A stretch of DNA of 51,804 nucleotides from Chara braunii (Eukaryota; Plantae; Charophyceae). Position numbers and translations under genes: made by a program. The stretch spans positions 2,631,420 to 2,683,223 of the forward strand of contig BFEA01000006.1 in the NCBI GenBank assembly GCA_003427395.1, written 5' to 3'. Of this stretch, positions 24,350-35,854 are shown one piece after another (the stretch's first letter is position 1; each line of letters starts with the position of its first letter). The notes under the pieces were generated by a model. That model had not been told where the DNA came from. It worked only from the letters and a program-made list of their open reading frames with translations, and ran no database searches.

Positions 24350-27300
24350 TCATGGGCCAGGGAAGGAGAAGAAAGCAGGACAATGTAAAGAAAAGGGACA
24401 CCGTTACCGTGTGATGGTGTCAACCTCCACTATCATTCTTCCTTTTCCGTTGATTTGAATTGCCGTCATTTTCTCCTACTCTTTGTATTTATCCAAGGTT
24501 ATTATTGTGATCATTGTTGACTGTCATATTCATATGCACTATCCTGCGATTTGATTGATTGATTAATGTCTGAAGAAATGGGGGGAAGATCAGATGCGAG
24601 GAGACCTAGGGTAATGGAGAGGAGAGCGACATCGTCACCGTGTGATATGTGCCTACCTCCTCCATCTTTCCCCATTCTCCCGTGATCTAATCCCCTTACT
24701 TCCCATTGTTTTCACAAAACTATCCGAAATGGTATGGTATCTTTGAATGGAAAGTCTACTCTGTGGAAGAAGAATGTTCAGACGGTCTGACAAAGCAGGG
24801 CGATTGCGGGAGCTCTGCCGGAGTTTAAGAGGAACTCTGGAGGCATGGAACCTTAAGGTACGCACGCTTCATTTTTTTTTCCATATACCCTTAAGACTAC
24901 GCCCTTCTATTGTCTGCTTGTATAATTGTACGATGTATTGTTTATGGCTTTCTTCACGACTAAAGCACAAAAAGCCGAAGGGTTATATGATTCAAATCAG
25001 AACTTGCCTGATGTCTGAAAAGGAGCCTAGGAAGAACTGAAAAGGAACCTCGTTTGCTTGACCCTAAAACATAAAGCCGCGTGATGGAGACCCTCGTAGG
25101 GTCGTCATATTGCTTGTATGAGCTAACTAGGGCGGATGACGGGGTACTCGCCGTGCGAAGTTACCCTGTCATTCGTCCTGCTAAAAGTAATGAATTGATG
25201 CAATGTCTGCTTGATTTCGACGTTTGTGACGGGAGGCTGTCGTGCAGTCCTCTCATTACATTTCAGGCTAGGTCTAGAAAGTAATCCGGCACTTCCGTAA
25301 GATCGTCAAGCCACTTGAATGGAGTAACCAAGGCAAATGATAGGATACTCGTCGTGCGAATTACCCTGCCATTCGTCTGACTAAAGTAACAAATTGGTGT
25401 AGTGATTGTCTAACTCTGATAGTGGTGGTGAGGAGGTGTCGTGCATCTTCGCTATTGACCTGCAGGTTACATTGACAACATCCAATTGATCCGGTACTCC
25501 CGTGGGGTACACTTCTTCAAACGTAAGAAAAACCAATTGATCTGGTATTCCTGTGGGGTACACTTCTTCAAACGTAACAAAAACCAATTGATCCGGTACT
25601 CTCGTGGGGTACACTTCTTCAATCGTTAACAAAAGCCAATTGATCCGGTACTCCCATGGGGTACATCTCTTTAATCGTTGACAAAGCAAACTTAATCCGG
25701 TACTCTCGTAGGATACGCGTCTTCAAAGGCTAACAAAGGCAAAAGGTAGCAGGAGGCTCCCGTGGGGCTCTCCTTCACCGATCGTACCAGACTGAGGTGA
25801 GTACGCGAACTCCTTAGTCTGGAACAATCCGTCCGACTTCCGTAAGGGTGGATCTACCTTGTTGCTCGTTTACGGTACACAGGTTAGTTAGGTGAATTGT
25901 CGGGGCGACTCAATCAAGAGTTGTTCTTGATCTGTTATGCATCAAACTGGTAGTAGGATGGCTCCCGGGTGGGTTGTCCTAATACTTTGTTTGATCTGGG
26001 GGTCAACTAACGGAGGGCAGAAATGAGACAATTGTGTTTTGGACAATAGAGGGTTACTCCCGGGTGAGTAACCATACGACTTGTTCAGGTATGACTAATG
26101 GGTGGTATGAGTAAAAGTCAACGATCTATCTAACGTTAAGTCAGAGAATGGGAGGCTCCCGTGGGGTCATCCCGTTATTTCTCTGACCTCGTCCTAACAA
26201 GTCAGGTAAGATACTCCAACAAAGGGAGGATCTGGGGTTTGCGTGAGTCCACTAACATAAGCCCGACTCGTCTGACTCTAAGAAAGTAATAGGGTGCCTC
26301 CCGTAGGGTCATCCTACTACACTTTTGAGGGAAAGACTGAACTTTGATCAAAGAGTAATTGGAGGCTTCCGTGAAGACTGCCTGTTACTAACTTTAATTT
26401 TGTATTGACACCTGGATTTGGAATGTTTTCCGAATATTGGGTCAAGTGTTGAGACGGTTCAACATAAGGCCTCCTAACTACCTGCTTAACTAAGGAATAC
26501 TCCCGGGAGAGTTATCATGTCACTTGCACTAGATTGCTTGAATTGCTTGACTACAGAGGAGTGCGTGGACTTTGAGGGGTGACTGAGTGCTCCCGTGGGG
26601 CGACTCGACTACTCTTCTGACTAACAGATTGTTTGGAATTGATCAAGTAGTGGAAAATTCCCTAGTGAATCAACCTACTACTTGAGTATGTCAGGACAAG
26701 AAGAAGAAAAAGGAAAAAAGGGTTGTTCCATTGGGAGCCACTACAAAGGCTCTTTAAAAGAAACGTAGAAGAAAGGTGAATACCGCGGGGAAAAGGAATC
26801 AGAGAAAGAAGACACCCCGTGTAGCCACAGTTCATTGAAGAAACCACCACTGACTTGAGTTGATCTCAGCTAGACTACCGCATAAGCACCAAGTGGTGTG
26901 CTTATCCGCAAGAGCGAAAATGCAAGGACTGAGAGTAGGGGAAATGTGAATTTCCCTGAAACAATTTTGGACACAGGCAAAGAGACTCCTTGAAACAAGA
27001 GAAGAATGGGTGACATACGACTTAGGATAGATAAAAAGTTAGGGTTAGACTTTGGGATGTTCACAAACCAGATCTAAGGGTTTGACCCTTAGGATATCAA
27101 TATGTGGGAAATAGAGTGGGAGTGTTGAATCCTTGTTGACTTGTGTGTGTGCAGGTCTTTGCTTTGGTCTACTGCAATTGAAGGAGAAGTCCTACATAAG
27201 GGACTCAATTTTCTGTTATCACTCGATAATAGGTCGGTCGTTGCCGCTTCAACTTTTTCCGCCTTGCATTGATACCTACATATAAAATCAAACCTTGTGG

Positions 27301-28138
27301 TCAGTAAAACTGTCACCTGTGGTTGTTGCCTAAATGGTCCTGGTCACTCTTAATGGTCCTTTGAATAAGTGTGAGGGGGTTGGGCTTGCATTTCAGGAAA
27401 GATAGAGCTGTCATGCATGGTTTGGGGAGTGAGGGACAATGTCAATGGTTTATGGTTGACACCGTGAGTGCATGGCATGTGAACTGTCTTTGCATTATGT
27501 TATGCAGGTCTGTTTTGTTCGTGAGTTTGGGATTGAACTGGACCTAATCTGTTGAAGAGTTCTGGACACTCAGCACTTGTGAAAGTGGGAAGGGTTCCCA
27601 GTGGTAATACCTCGATATTCATAATCAGTCTTATATAACTCCTATGATATCTAATGATCAGTCATACGTTGAGCAGAGTAGAATATCCTTTGGTAGTGAC
27701 AAAATTTTGTTTTGATACTTTCAACATAGTGGTCAGAAGGAGAATGTGTCTTTGGAACGGAAGCGGGAATAAACGATCATCTCGAAGTTCGACCTGAATA
27801 TCTGACGGGTCAGTCCTAGGCATCTTACCGCGCGTAATTTGTGCTACAACGATCGAGCAAACACCCTCGGCCGACCTACCTCTACTCAAGCATGTAAAAG
27901 CCTTCGCACGTGGGCCGGTAGCTCATCAGAGTTACGCCTACCTGAGGGTGGTGACAGCCCCTCGGGTAGAGGTAAGTTGTACCTCGCGACGTCCCGAGCT
28001 GTCGCAAGGCGTCGTGAGAGGTATAGCACGCGCGCACGGTTGGAGTGGTAACTGGTTCTTTTCAGACGAAACATCCTGCGTGACACGACCGTGAGGTTTA
28101 GCGCTCCCAAGCAGAGCGTGGGACCGCCGCCCGCGACA
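24350..28138 (+). mobile_element. Distal part of an LTR of the element 1 family (probable 3' LTR)
   Basis: 27551-28138 repeats 1-592 and ends CCGCGACA with no PBS after it. It shares CGATTGCGGGAGCTCTGCC (24801) with the LTR at 34379. Left boundary is approximate. Confidence 0.8.
25482..25740 (+). repeat. ~51-53 bp tandem repeat, 5 copies, inside the LTR
   Basis: CCAATTGATCCGGTACTCCCGTGGGGTACACTTCTTCAAACGTAA... starts at 25482, 25533, 25584, 25637 and ~25690. Confidence 0.9.
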
Positions 28139-28996
28139 CCGTCTCTCCCCACCGTTCCTCCAGAAAGTCCACGTCGATTCGGTGACTATGCCCAAAGGAA
28201 TCGGCGGACTTCGGTACATCGTTAATGACCGCGATGACCTTACGAGATTCGTAGAAGCCAAGGCCATAACGAAGAAGACAGTTGAGGAGGTGAGTGAGAG
28301 TACATCGCGAGGGACGGGTGTGTCGGGAAGATCGTCATGGATAGTGGGTCCGAGTTCCTAAGCGAAAAGGTCAAGGCGATACTTGAGAAGGCGGGGATTA
28401 AGACGACTTATCACCCTCAAAGCAACGCTCTGGTAAAAAAAGGCCACCAGACACTGGTGGACGCTCTAGCGAAATGGTGCAAGGGACGAGAGGAGCAATG
28501 GGCGAATTACTTGCGGTACGCTGTTTGGGCCGACAACATCACAGTCAAGTCAAGCACATGTTATCCCCCTTACACCCTTTGGTTCAGTAGGTACTGCCCC
28601 CTACCCATCGAATTCCACATCGATACCTGGTCGGGTGTCTCATGGAAAACCAATATGACGAGAAGCGAGCTAGTAGAGGCAAGGATACAACAAATAACCG
28701 AAAATCTTGATGTCAGATTTACCGAGGCGTGCAGAAACATTGAGAAGGAGAGAATAAAAGGAAAAGAAAGGTGGGATAAGAATTTGCGGGTCCGACAAAA
28801 ACCGATAGGGACTAGTGACCTCGTCCTGATGTACGACTCGTCGCTAGAAAAAACTTGGAGCAAGAAGTTAGCAAATCGGTGGATGGGGCCGTATCGAGTC
28901 CTAAAGAGATTTGATGGGGGAGCGTACCTTCTTGCCGGATTGGATGGGGCTAGGTTACGGGACCCTGTCGCGGGGGCTCGTCTTAAACTTTTGTGA
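28139..28996 (+). pseudogene. Integrase core and GPY/F module of a second gypsy element, truncated by the LTR insertion
   Basis: QKVHVDSVTMPKGIGGLRYIVNDRDDLTRFVEAK begins right after the LTR end, then MDSGSEF, YHPQSNA and WMGPYRV. It is homologous to the element 1 integrase. Confidence 0.9.
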
Positions 28997-29477
28997 TGGA
29001 GAGGAACCTTTGGAGATGACTCGAAAGAGAAAGGAAAGGAGGAGGTCGACGCTGAAGGGGCCGTCACCTACGAGAAGGGGGAGGCATCGAAACAGGGAGC
29101 CTCTTCCCGACCACCTAAGAAGGGGTATAAGGTTCGGAGACCTTCCCTGCCAAAGACGCCTAGGAAAAAGAAAAGGGCACACCGGTCTAGCAACGAACTC
29201 AACTCTTCTTGGCATGTTTCTTTCATTTTTGGATGATTGGATGCGTGGATGCGTGAGCCCTGAGGGACTTCGAGGCAACCTTGGGTTTTCCTTGATTTAT
29301 ACTAACATTGAATGAGCAGGAACGAGGGCGGTCGACTCGGGGTCATAAGCGGATCGGGAGCGGACAAAAAATATGAGATTTCGGGGCGATACATAGCGGA
29401 TGAAGGAAAGGCGCTGGCGTGAGGGCCAAGCAGGGGAATCGGGAAGAAGCAAGGTGCAAAAACGAGTCGTGTGTCGT

Positions 29478-29604
29478 GGCTGCTGACAACTACGGGGGTC
29501 GTCCGGATGAAACATGGGGGGCTGCTGACAGCTACGGGGGTCGTCTGGATGAAACATGGGGGGCTGCTGACAGCTACGGGAACCGTTCGGATGAAACATG
29601 GGGG
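29478..29604 (+). repeat. 42-bp tandem repeat, 3 copies, downstream of integrase 2
   Basis: Unit GGCTGCTGACA(A/G)CTACGGGGGTCGTC(C/T)GGATGAAACATGGGG. Confidence 0.9.
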
Positions 29605-30739
29605 TTACGATTAAGCTCACCGAAGGGCCACGACGTATAGAGGCATGAGATTCGAGGACTCCCGGACACTAGCCTGGGGACGAGTACCACCAGGTGGGAG
29701 ATAACCGAGTTGGGCCACGGGCCTGGAGGCAGTCGCCCTTAAAAATGAGAAGATCGCTATGGCCGTCGATCCGAGGTCGTCTCTGGACCAACGGGGCTGA
29801 CCAGCTTGGCTCGGGGTCGTTCCAGAACGAGCAGTAGGATTGGTCGATGTGACCAGGTGACAGGGCGTGCATGTGGGCCAGTACTAGCAAACTTTGGTTT
29901 CCATTAATAAGGAGGGGGTACGGGGCAAGGAACGTCTGATTGACCGACTGTATGATCAAAGTCAGTCGAATACTAGCTTTAACTGCTGGGAACGTTTTAT
30001 GGAAGGAAAGAGGGGGCTACACAGATTGGCGGTTGAAGAAGGAAGAGAGGATCAACCCAACGACAAAAGGGCGGCGGTTGAAAAGAGGATCGAGCTCGTC
30101 GGTTCTTGTCGACCAAGAAGTGGGTCACGAGCGAGTGAGGTGTTTGGGCGTCCTGATCCAGAAGGCGGAGAGCCTCGCGCCGCCATTGGGTGAATCAGAG
30201 GTAAGGTAGGATCGACCAAAGAATGGGTTGGAAGGCGGAGGATGATCGGTCGGGTGCCAAAGTGCCTACCTTGACGACTGAAGGGCGCTAGGAGCGGCGA
30301 CTGGTTGCATAATAAGGAGGAAAGGGGGGGAGTAGACGACAGTCGGGCAAAATTTTCGGGGTGTGACATCGAACGGAGAGAGGAGGAGAGAAGAATGTCG
30401 GGGGGCGGAGAACAAGAAAACCAGAACGAGGGGGGAGGAAGAAGCTTCGAGTGGACGGTTACTACGGGAGCGAGCGCGAGCAAATTCTTGATAACGGTCA
30501 GGGAGCAAGAGAGAGGGGACTGGTGGTGCGCAGGTCCACCGTACATCAACTTCCACAAGTGAGTCAGGTACTGACAGGGACAGGGACCGATTAACAAGAG
30601 CTAGGATGCGCGAGCGCGGGTTCTTCCTGCGCGGCATACTGAAAGGAGTCGAGATCCAAGAGGAGGAGTGAGCATGCCCTGCTATTGGCCGTAATGGGAG
30701 AGATGGTTAACAACATACACTATTTACAAGTCACTTTCA

Positions 30740-31223
30740 ACCACTTCAGGTCCCCTCCTGAAACTCCTGAAATGACCTGAAGCGGTTGAAGCTTCTGAAA
30801 GGGGTTTCAGGTACCCCCATCCAAATGGTTGGAGGGGGGTACCTGAAACCTTTTTCAGAAGCTTCAGCCACTTCTGCGGTTTCAGGTCCCCACCTGAAAT
30901 TCCTGAAATGACCTGACGTGGCTGAAGCTTCTGAAAGGGGTTTCAGGTACCCCATCCAAATGGTTGAATGGGGGTACCTGAAACCCCTTTCAGAAGCTTC
31001 AGCCACTTCAGCGGTTTCAGGTCCCCAACACCTGAAACTCCTGAAACGACCTGAAGTGGCTAAAAAAACAGGCTGAAAAAAAAAAAGAAAAACATAAAAT
31101 GTGTCCTCCAAACCACCCGAAACTTCTGAAATGACCTGAAGTGTCTTCAGGCCATTTCAGCGGTTTCAGACCACTTCAGAATCTTTCATTCTGAAATTTC
31201 AGGTGGTCGTTAACCGCGAGTGC
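30740..31223. repeat. Array of palindromic CCTGAAA/TTTCAGG units with two tandem long hairpins; possible DNA-transposon end
   Basis: TGAAGCTTCTGAAAGGGGTTTCAGGTACCCC-loop-GGGGTACCTGAAACC..TTCAGAAGCTTCA occurs at ~30787-30867 and ~30922-31002. Confidence 0.75.
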
Positions 31224-32294
31224 AGGAATGGGCGAACAATGGATCGCAAGATGGAAAAGGGAAACTATGGAGGGAAATTCAAAATTTTGAGGAATGGCGT
31301 TGGAAGTTTGGGGCATAACGGGAGGACGAGGATCAAGTAGGAGGAAAATTGGGATAACCGGCAATATATAAGGAGGGATGAGACCACTTCAAAAGAGGAG
31401 GGAGAGAAAAAGAAAGCGGACGGTGCGTGCGTACGTTGGGGCGTTCGAGAGCATGCACCCGCCGACACTTTCTACCAGCGCACTAGTATGAGAGAGAGAG
31501 GGAGAGGGATAGAGCGTTCAGGTTCCGATCGCAGAACGAAGAGACCACGAGGAGGAGGGAAAGAGTGCTCGGTCTTTGCGCCCGTCGTGAACGATCAAAC
31601 CGGGAGAAAGAGAAGAGAGAAAGGGAGAGAAAGAGGGGATAGAACGGGGAGAGCACGGGAGATACGCACCGGCGGAGGAAGTGTTCGTGGCCTGCCGATC
31701 GGGAAGGAACGATCAGCGCATAAGCCGCGAACGAGCTCGCAAGCCCGGTCGGACCAGTGACGGCTTGCGTAGTCGAAGCCGCAACGGCTAGCGCAGTCAG
31801 AGTGCCGAGAGTGAGCACGGATGAAGCTCGAGCGGGGACAACGCACGGGGCACACGAGAGTGCGTGCGAGCTCGCAAGCACGATCTAAGTGGCGACAGCG
31901 CGTACGGACGGAGTTCGGGCGGAGACAACGCACGAGTCACACGAGCGTGCGCAAGCACAATCAAGCAGCGACAACGCGGGGGTGGAGTTCGAGAGGGGAC
32001 GGCGTACGGAGCGCGTGAAGGCGAGAGCTCACCGACGTAGTCAGAGGAGAGATTGTGAGTGTGTGGATCGTTCGGCGTAAGGGAGAGCGGAGCAAGTTCG
32101 CAAGCACTGTCGGAGCGGCGGCGATATGTGCAGGCAAAGCGCTACCAGAAACAGCGTATGGGAGGCATTCGCGTAAAGCCCTGTCGAGGCTTAGCTAACT
32201 CGCGGGCTTAGTCTGGGCGGGGACAGCATGAGCACGGACGTGACCACGAGCCGAGAAGGCGTAAGCCGAGTTCGGGAAAGGACCGACGACCGAG

Positions 32295-32295
<1 letters not shown>

Positions 32296-32371
<76 letters not shown>

Positions 32372-32403
32372 GGGGGCGGGGGGGGGGGGGGGGGGGGGGG
32401 GGG
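32296..32403. repeat. Poly-G tract
   Basis: About 100 nt of nearly pure G close to a gap; may be an assembly artefact. Confidence 0.8.
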
Positions 32404-32687
32404 AGGCGCAGCTGCAAAAGGTGAAAAGAGAAGAGGGAGCTAGTGAGGGGGCCTTCGCCATTCGGCTACGGCCGGGCGGTCGGATCAAAGGTCGGTGCTT
32501 CGACCGATAAGACGGCCGGTCTCAGCGGGGAACGTCGGTTTGACATGGGGACCAGTGACTTACCCATCGTGGCCACCTAACTACGGACAGGAAGAGAGAG
32601 GCTCATAGCCCGAGAGCTCGGTGAAAGTGTGTGATTGGCATTGTGGTGGCCGACACAGAGAGAGGGAGAGAGAGAGAGAGAGGAGAG

Positions 32688-33002
32688 NNNNNNNNNNNNN
32701 NNNNNNNNNNNNNNNNNNNNNNNNNNNNNNNNNNNNNNNNNNNNNNNNNNNNNNNNNNNNNNNNNNNNNNNNNNNNNNNNNNNNNNNNNNNNNNNNNNNN
32801 NNNNNNNNNNNNNNNNNNNNNNNNNNNNNNNNNNNNNNNNNNNNNNNNNNNNNNNNNNNNNNNNNNNNNNNNNNNNNNNNNNNNNNNNNNNNNNNNNNNN
32901 NNNNNNNNNNNNNNNNNNNNNNNNNNNNNNNNNNNNNNNNNNNNNNNNNNNNNNNNNNNNNNNNNNNNNNNNNNNNNNNNNNNNNNNNNNNNNNNNNNNN
33001 NN
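32688..33002. other. Assembly gap
   Basis: Run of N. Confidence 1.
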
Positions 33003-35371
33003 TTTCGTACGATTATTAGTACCACTTGGTATCTACTCTGTATTCTGATACCTGCGTCGTGCTACTTTTTCGTATGATTGTTAGTACCACTTGGTATATG
33101 TCACTGGATATCCGCTTTGTGCTCTGATACTTGCATCATGCTGCTTCTTCGTACAATTGTCCGTACCACTTGGAACATGCTAGTTGCCTCCCGCCATTCA
33201 GTTCATGGTTCGAGTTCTGTTATCACTTGCCTCATCCTTCTCAGTCTCGGACCACAGCGGAGCAGGGGAAAGAGGGAGAGAGAGAGAAAGCGGGGACGAA
33301 AGGTATCGAGAAAAGGGGGGGGTCAGCGGTTCTTGCCATGACGGCGGGGTTGTCAAACTCCTGATAGGTTCAAGCTTTCCCCCGGAATATCGTGTGCAGT
33401 GGTTTCACGTCCGCTAGTCAAAACTCAGTTCCCGTCGAGTCCGCAATGGCTGTTTAAGTTTGGTTTGAGATTCCGCTCGCTGTTCTCCTTTTTTTTTTTT
33501 TTTTTAAGTATGAAAAAATGTTGTTCACTTGTAAATCGTCTTTTCTAAGTGTGCCCTCAAAAACCCAGATCAAGATTGAGTAAGAGCGGTCCGGACTGTC
33601 TAAGTCTGATCTACTTGAGACCCCTCCGAGCGTCGGGGACCTGCTTGAACGCCGGACCTAGACCTCTGCGCAACTGGGATAGTGGGTAGCCCACGCTTCA
33701 TTCGCTCGTACCAAAATTTGTCGGGCTCTAGCAAACTTTTTTGGAAAGAAGGTGAGGGGGTTTGATAACCTAACGGATAGCTGTCTAGGTTGGATACAGG
33801 ACAGGCAGTTGGACTTACAGAAAGCTATGTCGAAAGAAGACGACACTTGGACCTACGGGTCGCAAGTCCGGTTGCCGCTGGCTAGGAATAGGAGAGAACC
33901 GGGTAAGGGAGTGGACCGAATTGTAGAGAAGGGGAAGGTGCTATTGCGACTTGGAAGATTGTAAGGGCACAGGGCAATCGGCGATTTGAGCAATGGTTTG
34001 GTCACTCAAATGTGTTTATGGCCCACGATCCGTGTCTTGAGTTGTTGCTAGGCCACGAACATTGCGAGGGAGCTGAGCTCGTTGACAAGGGTTTTTGCTA
34101 CGAGTTGGAGAGGCGCCAGAGAGTCAACAGATGGTAGTTTGATTTTGTTTGACCAAGCTGTTGCGATCCTTGGTCGCCATTGTGGGGGCCTCATGCACAT
34201 CAAGGCAACAAGGTTCTTTCCTGCGAGTTGAGTCAGTCCCTTCCTTGTATCTCGAGCGTTTAAAACCCCTCCTTCTGCCTTTCTTACTCCAAGTCTAGTC
34301 TGTAATTACGAAAGGAAGGTAGCAGGCAGGATTGCAACCCGTAGGACCTCATCAAGACTCTGTGGGGAGTCTACCCACCGATTGCGGGAGCTCTGCCAGA
34401 ACCTGGGAGAGGTTCTGGAGGCAGGGAACTAAGTGGTAACCATCCTTCCCTTATATAAACCCAGTTATAACCCATAGTTGTACACCCTTCTATGGTTTTG
34501 ACTAAATATACTGCATGTGTCTCATATTTGACTTTATGTTTGACTTCCAAGACTTAAGTCAAATTTGAGTAAAAGAATGCATGCGCAATCTCTGTTTATC
34601 GTTTGTTGTTTGTCTGAAGGCAGATTGTAAAAGGGTTTTGCATCTGGGGGAAAGGCGGGAGGAAGGTAGTTTTGCTTGCATTTAACCGGATCAATTAAAG
34701 GTTGGGCAATGTTCCTAAGTTGGATGACCTAGTGCTATGTTTATTTTTGACTGTCTGGAGGGCCAGACAATTGTGCCATAAGTTTGGATAGTCTGGTTGC
34801 TTTGACATGTTAGCATTGCATGTGGTTGCTTTTGAGGGACCAAGCAATTGTTTCATACGTTTGGATGACTTGGTCGCCCTGTTTTATTTTGGGGTTTCAA
34901 ATGTTTCTTTGTTTCTAAAAGAGGGTGTTTGAGCAATTGTTTCATAAGATTGGATGACTCTAACTTCTCCTTGTTTATTCTGAGGGAGGATTAGGTGAAG
35001 GACTGAACAATTGTTCCATAAGATTAGATGGTCTCCTCTGGAGTCACGCACATGCTGAAACCAAAGGATAAATTTTGTCTATATTTTAATATTATGTTAC
35101 TTATGAATAAACTAGCTAGAAAATTGTTCTATAAGATTGGATGACTTTACTATAATTTATCAAAAACTGAAGAGAGTATCAACCAAGAGTAAACGGATGG
35201 TAAGAAGGGATTGACTGAACCTTGTTTCTAAGTTGAACGGTTCAGTCACATGATACCTTAAAAGACAAATTGCATATGTAGAGTTTTCCATCTGGTGTGG
35301 GTGAGTGATAGTCTACTTTGATTTTGGTTAAGGTAGATTATCATTTACAGTGTAATCAGTGAGGGGATTCT

Positions 35372-35431
35372 GCAGACTGTTGAGGGTTCAGCCTCCTGAT
35401 GAGTCGGTGAAACTCCGACGAAACAGTTTGT
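35372..35431 (+). ncRNA. Type III hammerhead ribozyme, copy 1
   Basis: Stem III GCAGACUGU/ACAGUUUGU; GUU cleavage triplet 35379-35381; stem I GAGG-GUUCAG-CCUC; core CUGAUGA 35396-35402; stem II GUCGG-UGAAACU-CCGAC; GAAA 35420-35423. Confidence 0.92.
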
Positions 35432-35794
35432 CACAGCCCCTCGTTTGTTGTCCTCTTCTCCCTCTCTGCCTACGGTTTACCGGGCAGTTCTATTTGACGA
35501 TATATACTACGACTTCGCTAGCTTCCTGCTACGGTTTTCTCCGGTCAGGTCGAGCGGCAGTGGTCGGGGCCGTCACTACGCGGCCATGCTGTGCCTCTAG
35601 TGCCAGCGGCGTGTCTGGAGTGTATTTTTTGGCTGTGATAGACCTTTCTTTGTTTCGTGGATGTTTTGCTGGCTTGTGATGGGGTGTGAACCGACAGTCT
35701 GTAGAGTTTTCCATCTGGTGTGGGTGAGTGATAGTCTACTTTGATTTTGGTTAAGGTAGATTATCATTTACAGTGTAATCAGTGAGGGGATTCT

Positions 35795-35854
35795 GCAGAC
35801 TGTTGAGGGTTCAGCCTCCTGATGAGTCGGTGAAACTCCGACGAAACAGTTTGT
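35795..35854 (+). ncRNA. Type III hammerhead ribozyme, copy 2
   Basis: Identical to copy 1, offset by +423 nt. Confidence 0.92.

Noticed and set aside
27890-27935. Minus-strand CTGATGA hits here and at ~21240 and ~51635 as further hammerheads
   Set aside because: None has a paired stem II followed by GAAA and a stem III, and the 27.9-kb hit is not conserved in the other LTR copy.
29478-29604. 42-bp repeat with CTGA...GAAAC as a tandem hammerhead or CRISPR
   Set aside because: The core reads CTGACA(A/G) rather than CTGANGA, and the units are contiguous without spacers.
32195-32488. Poly-Pro/poly-Gly ORFs
   Set aside because: They derive from a poly-G run near a gap, probably a low-quality region.
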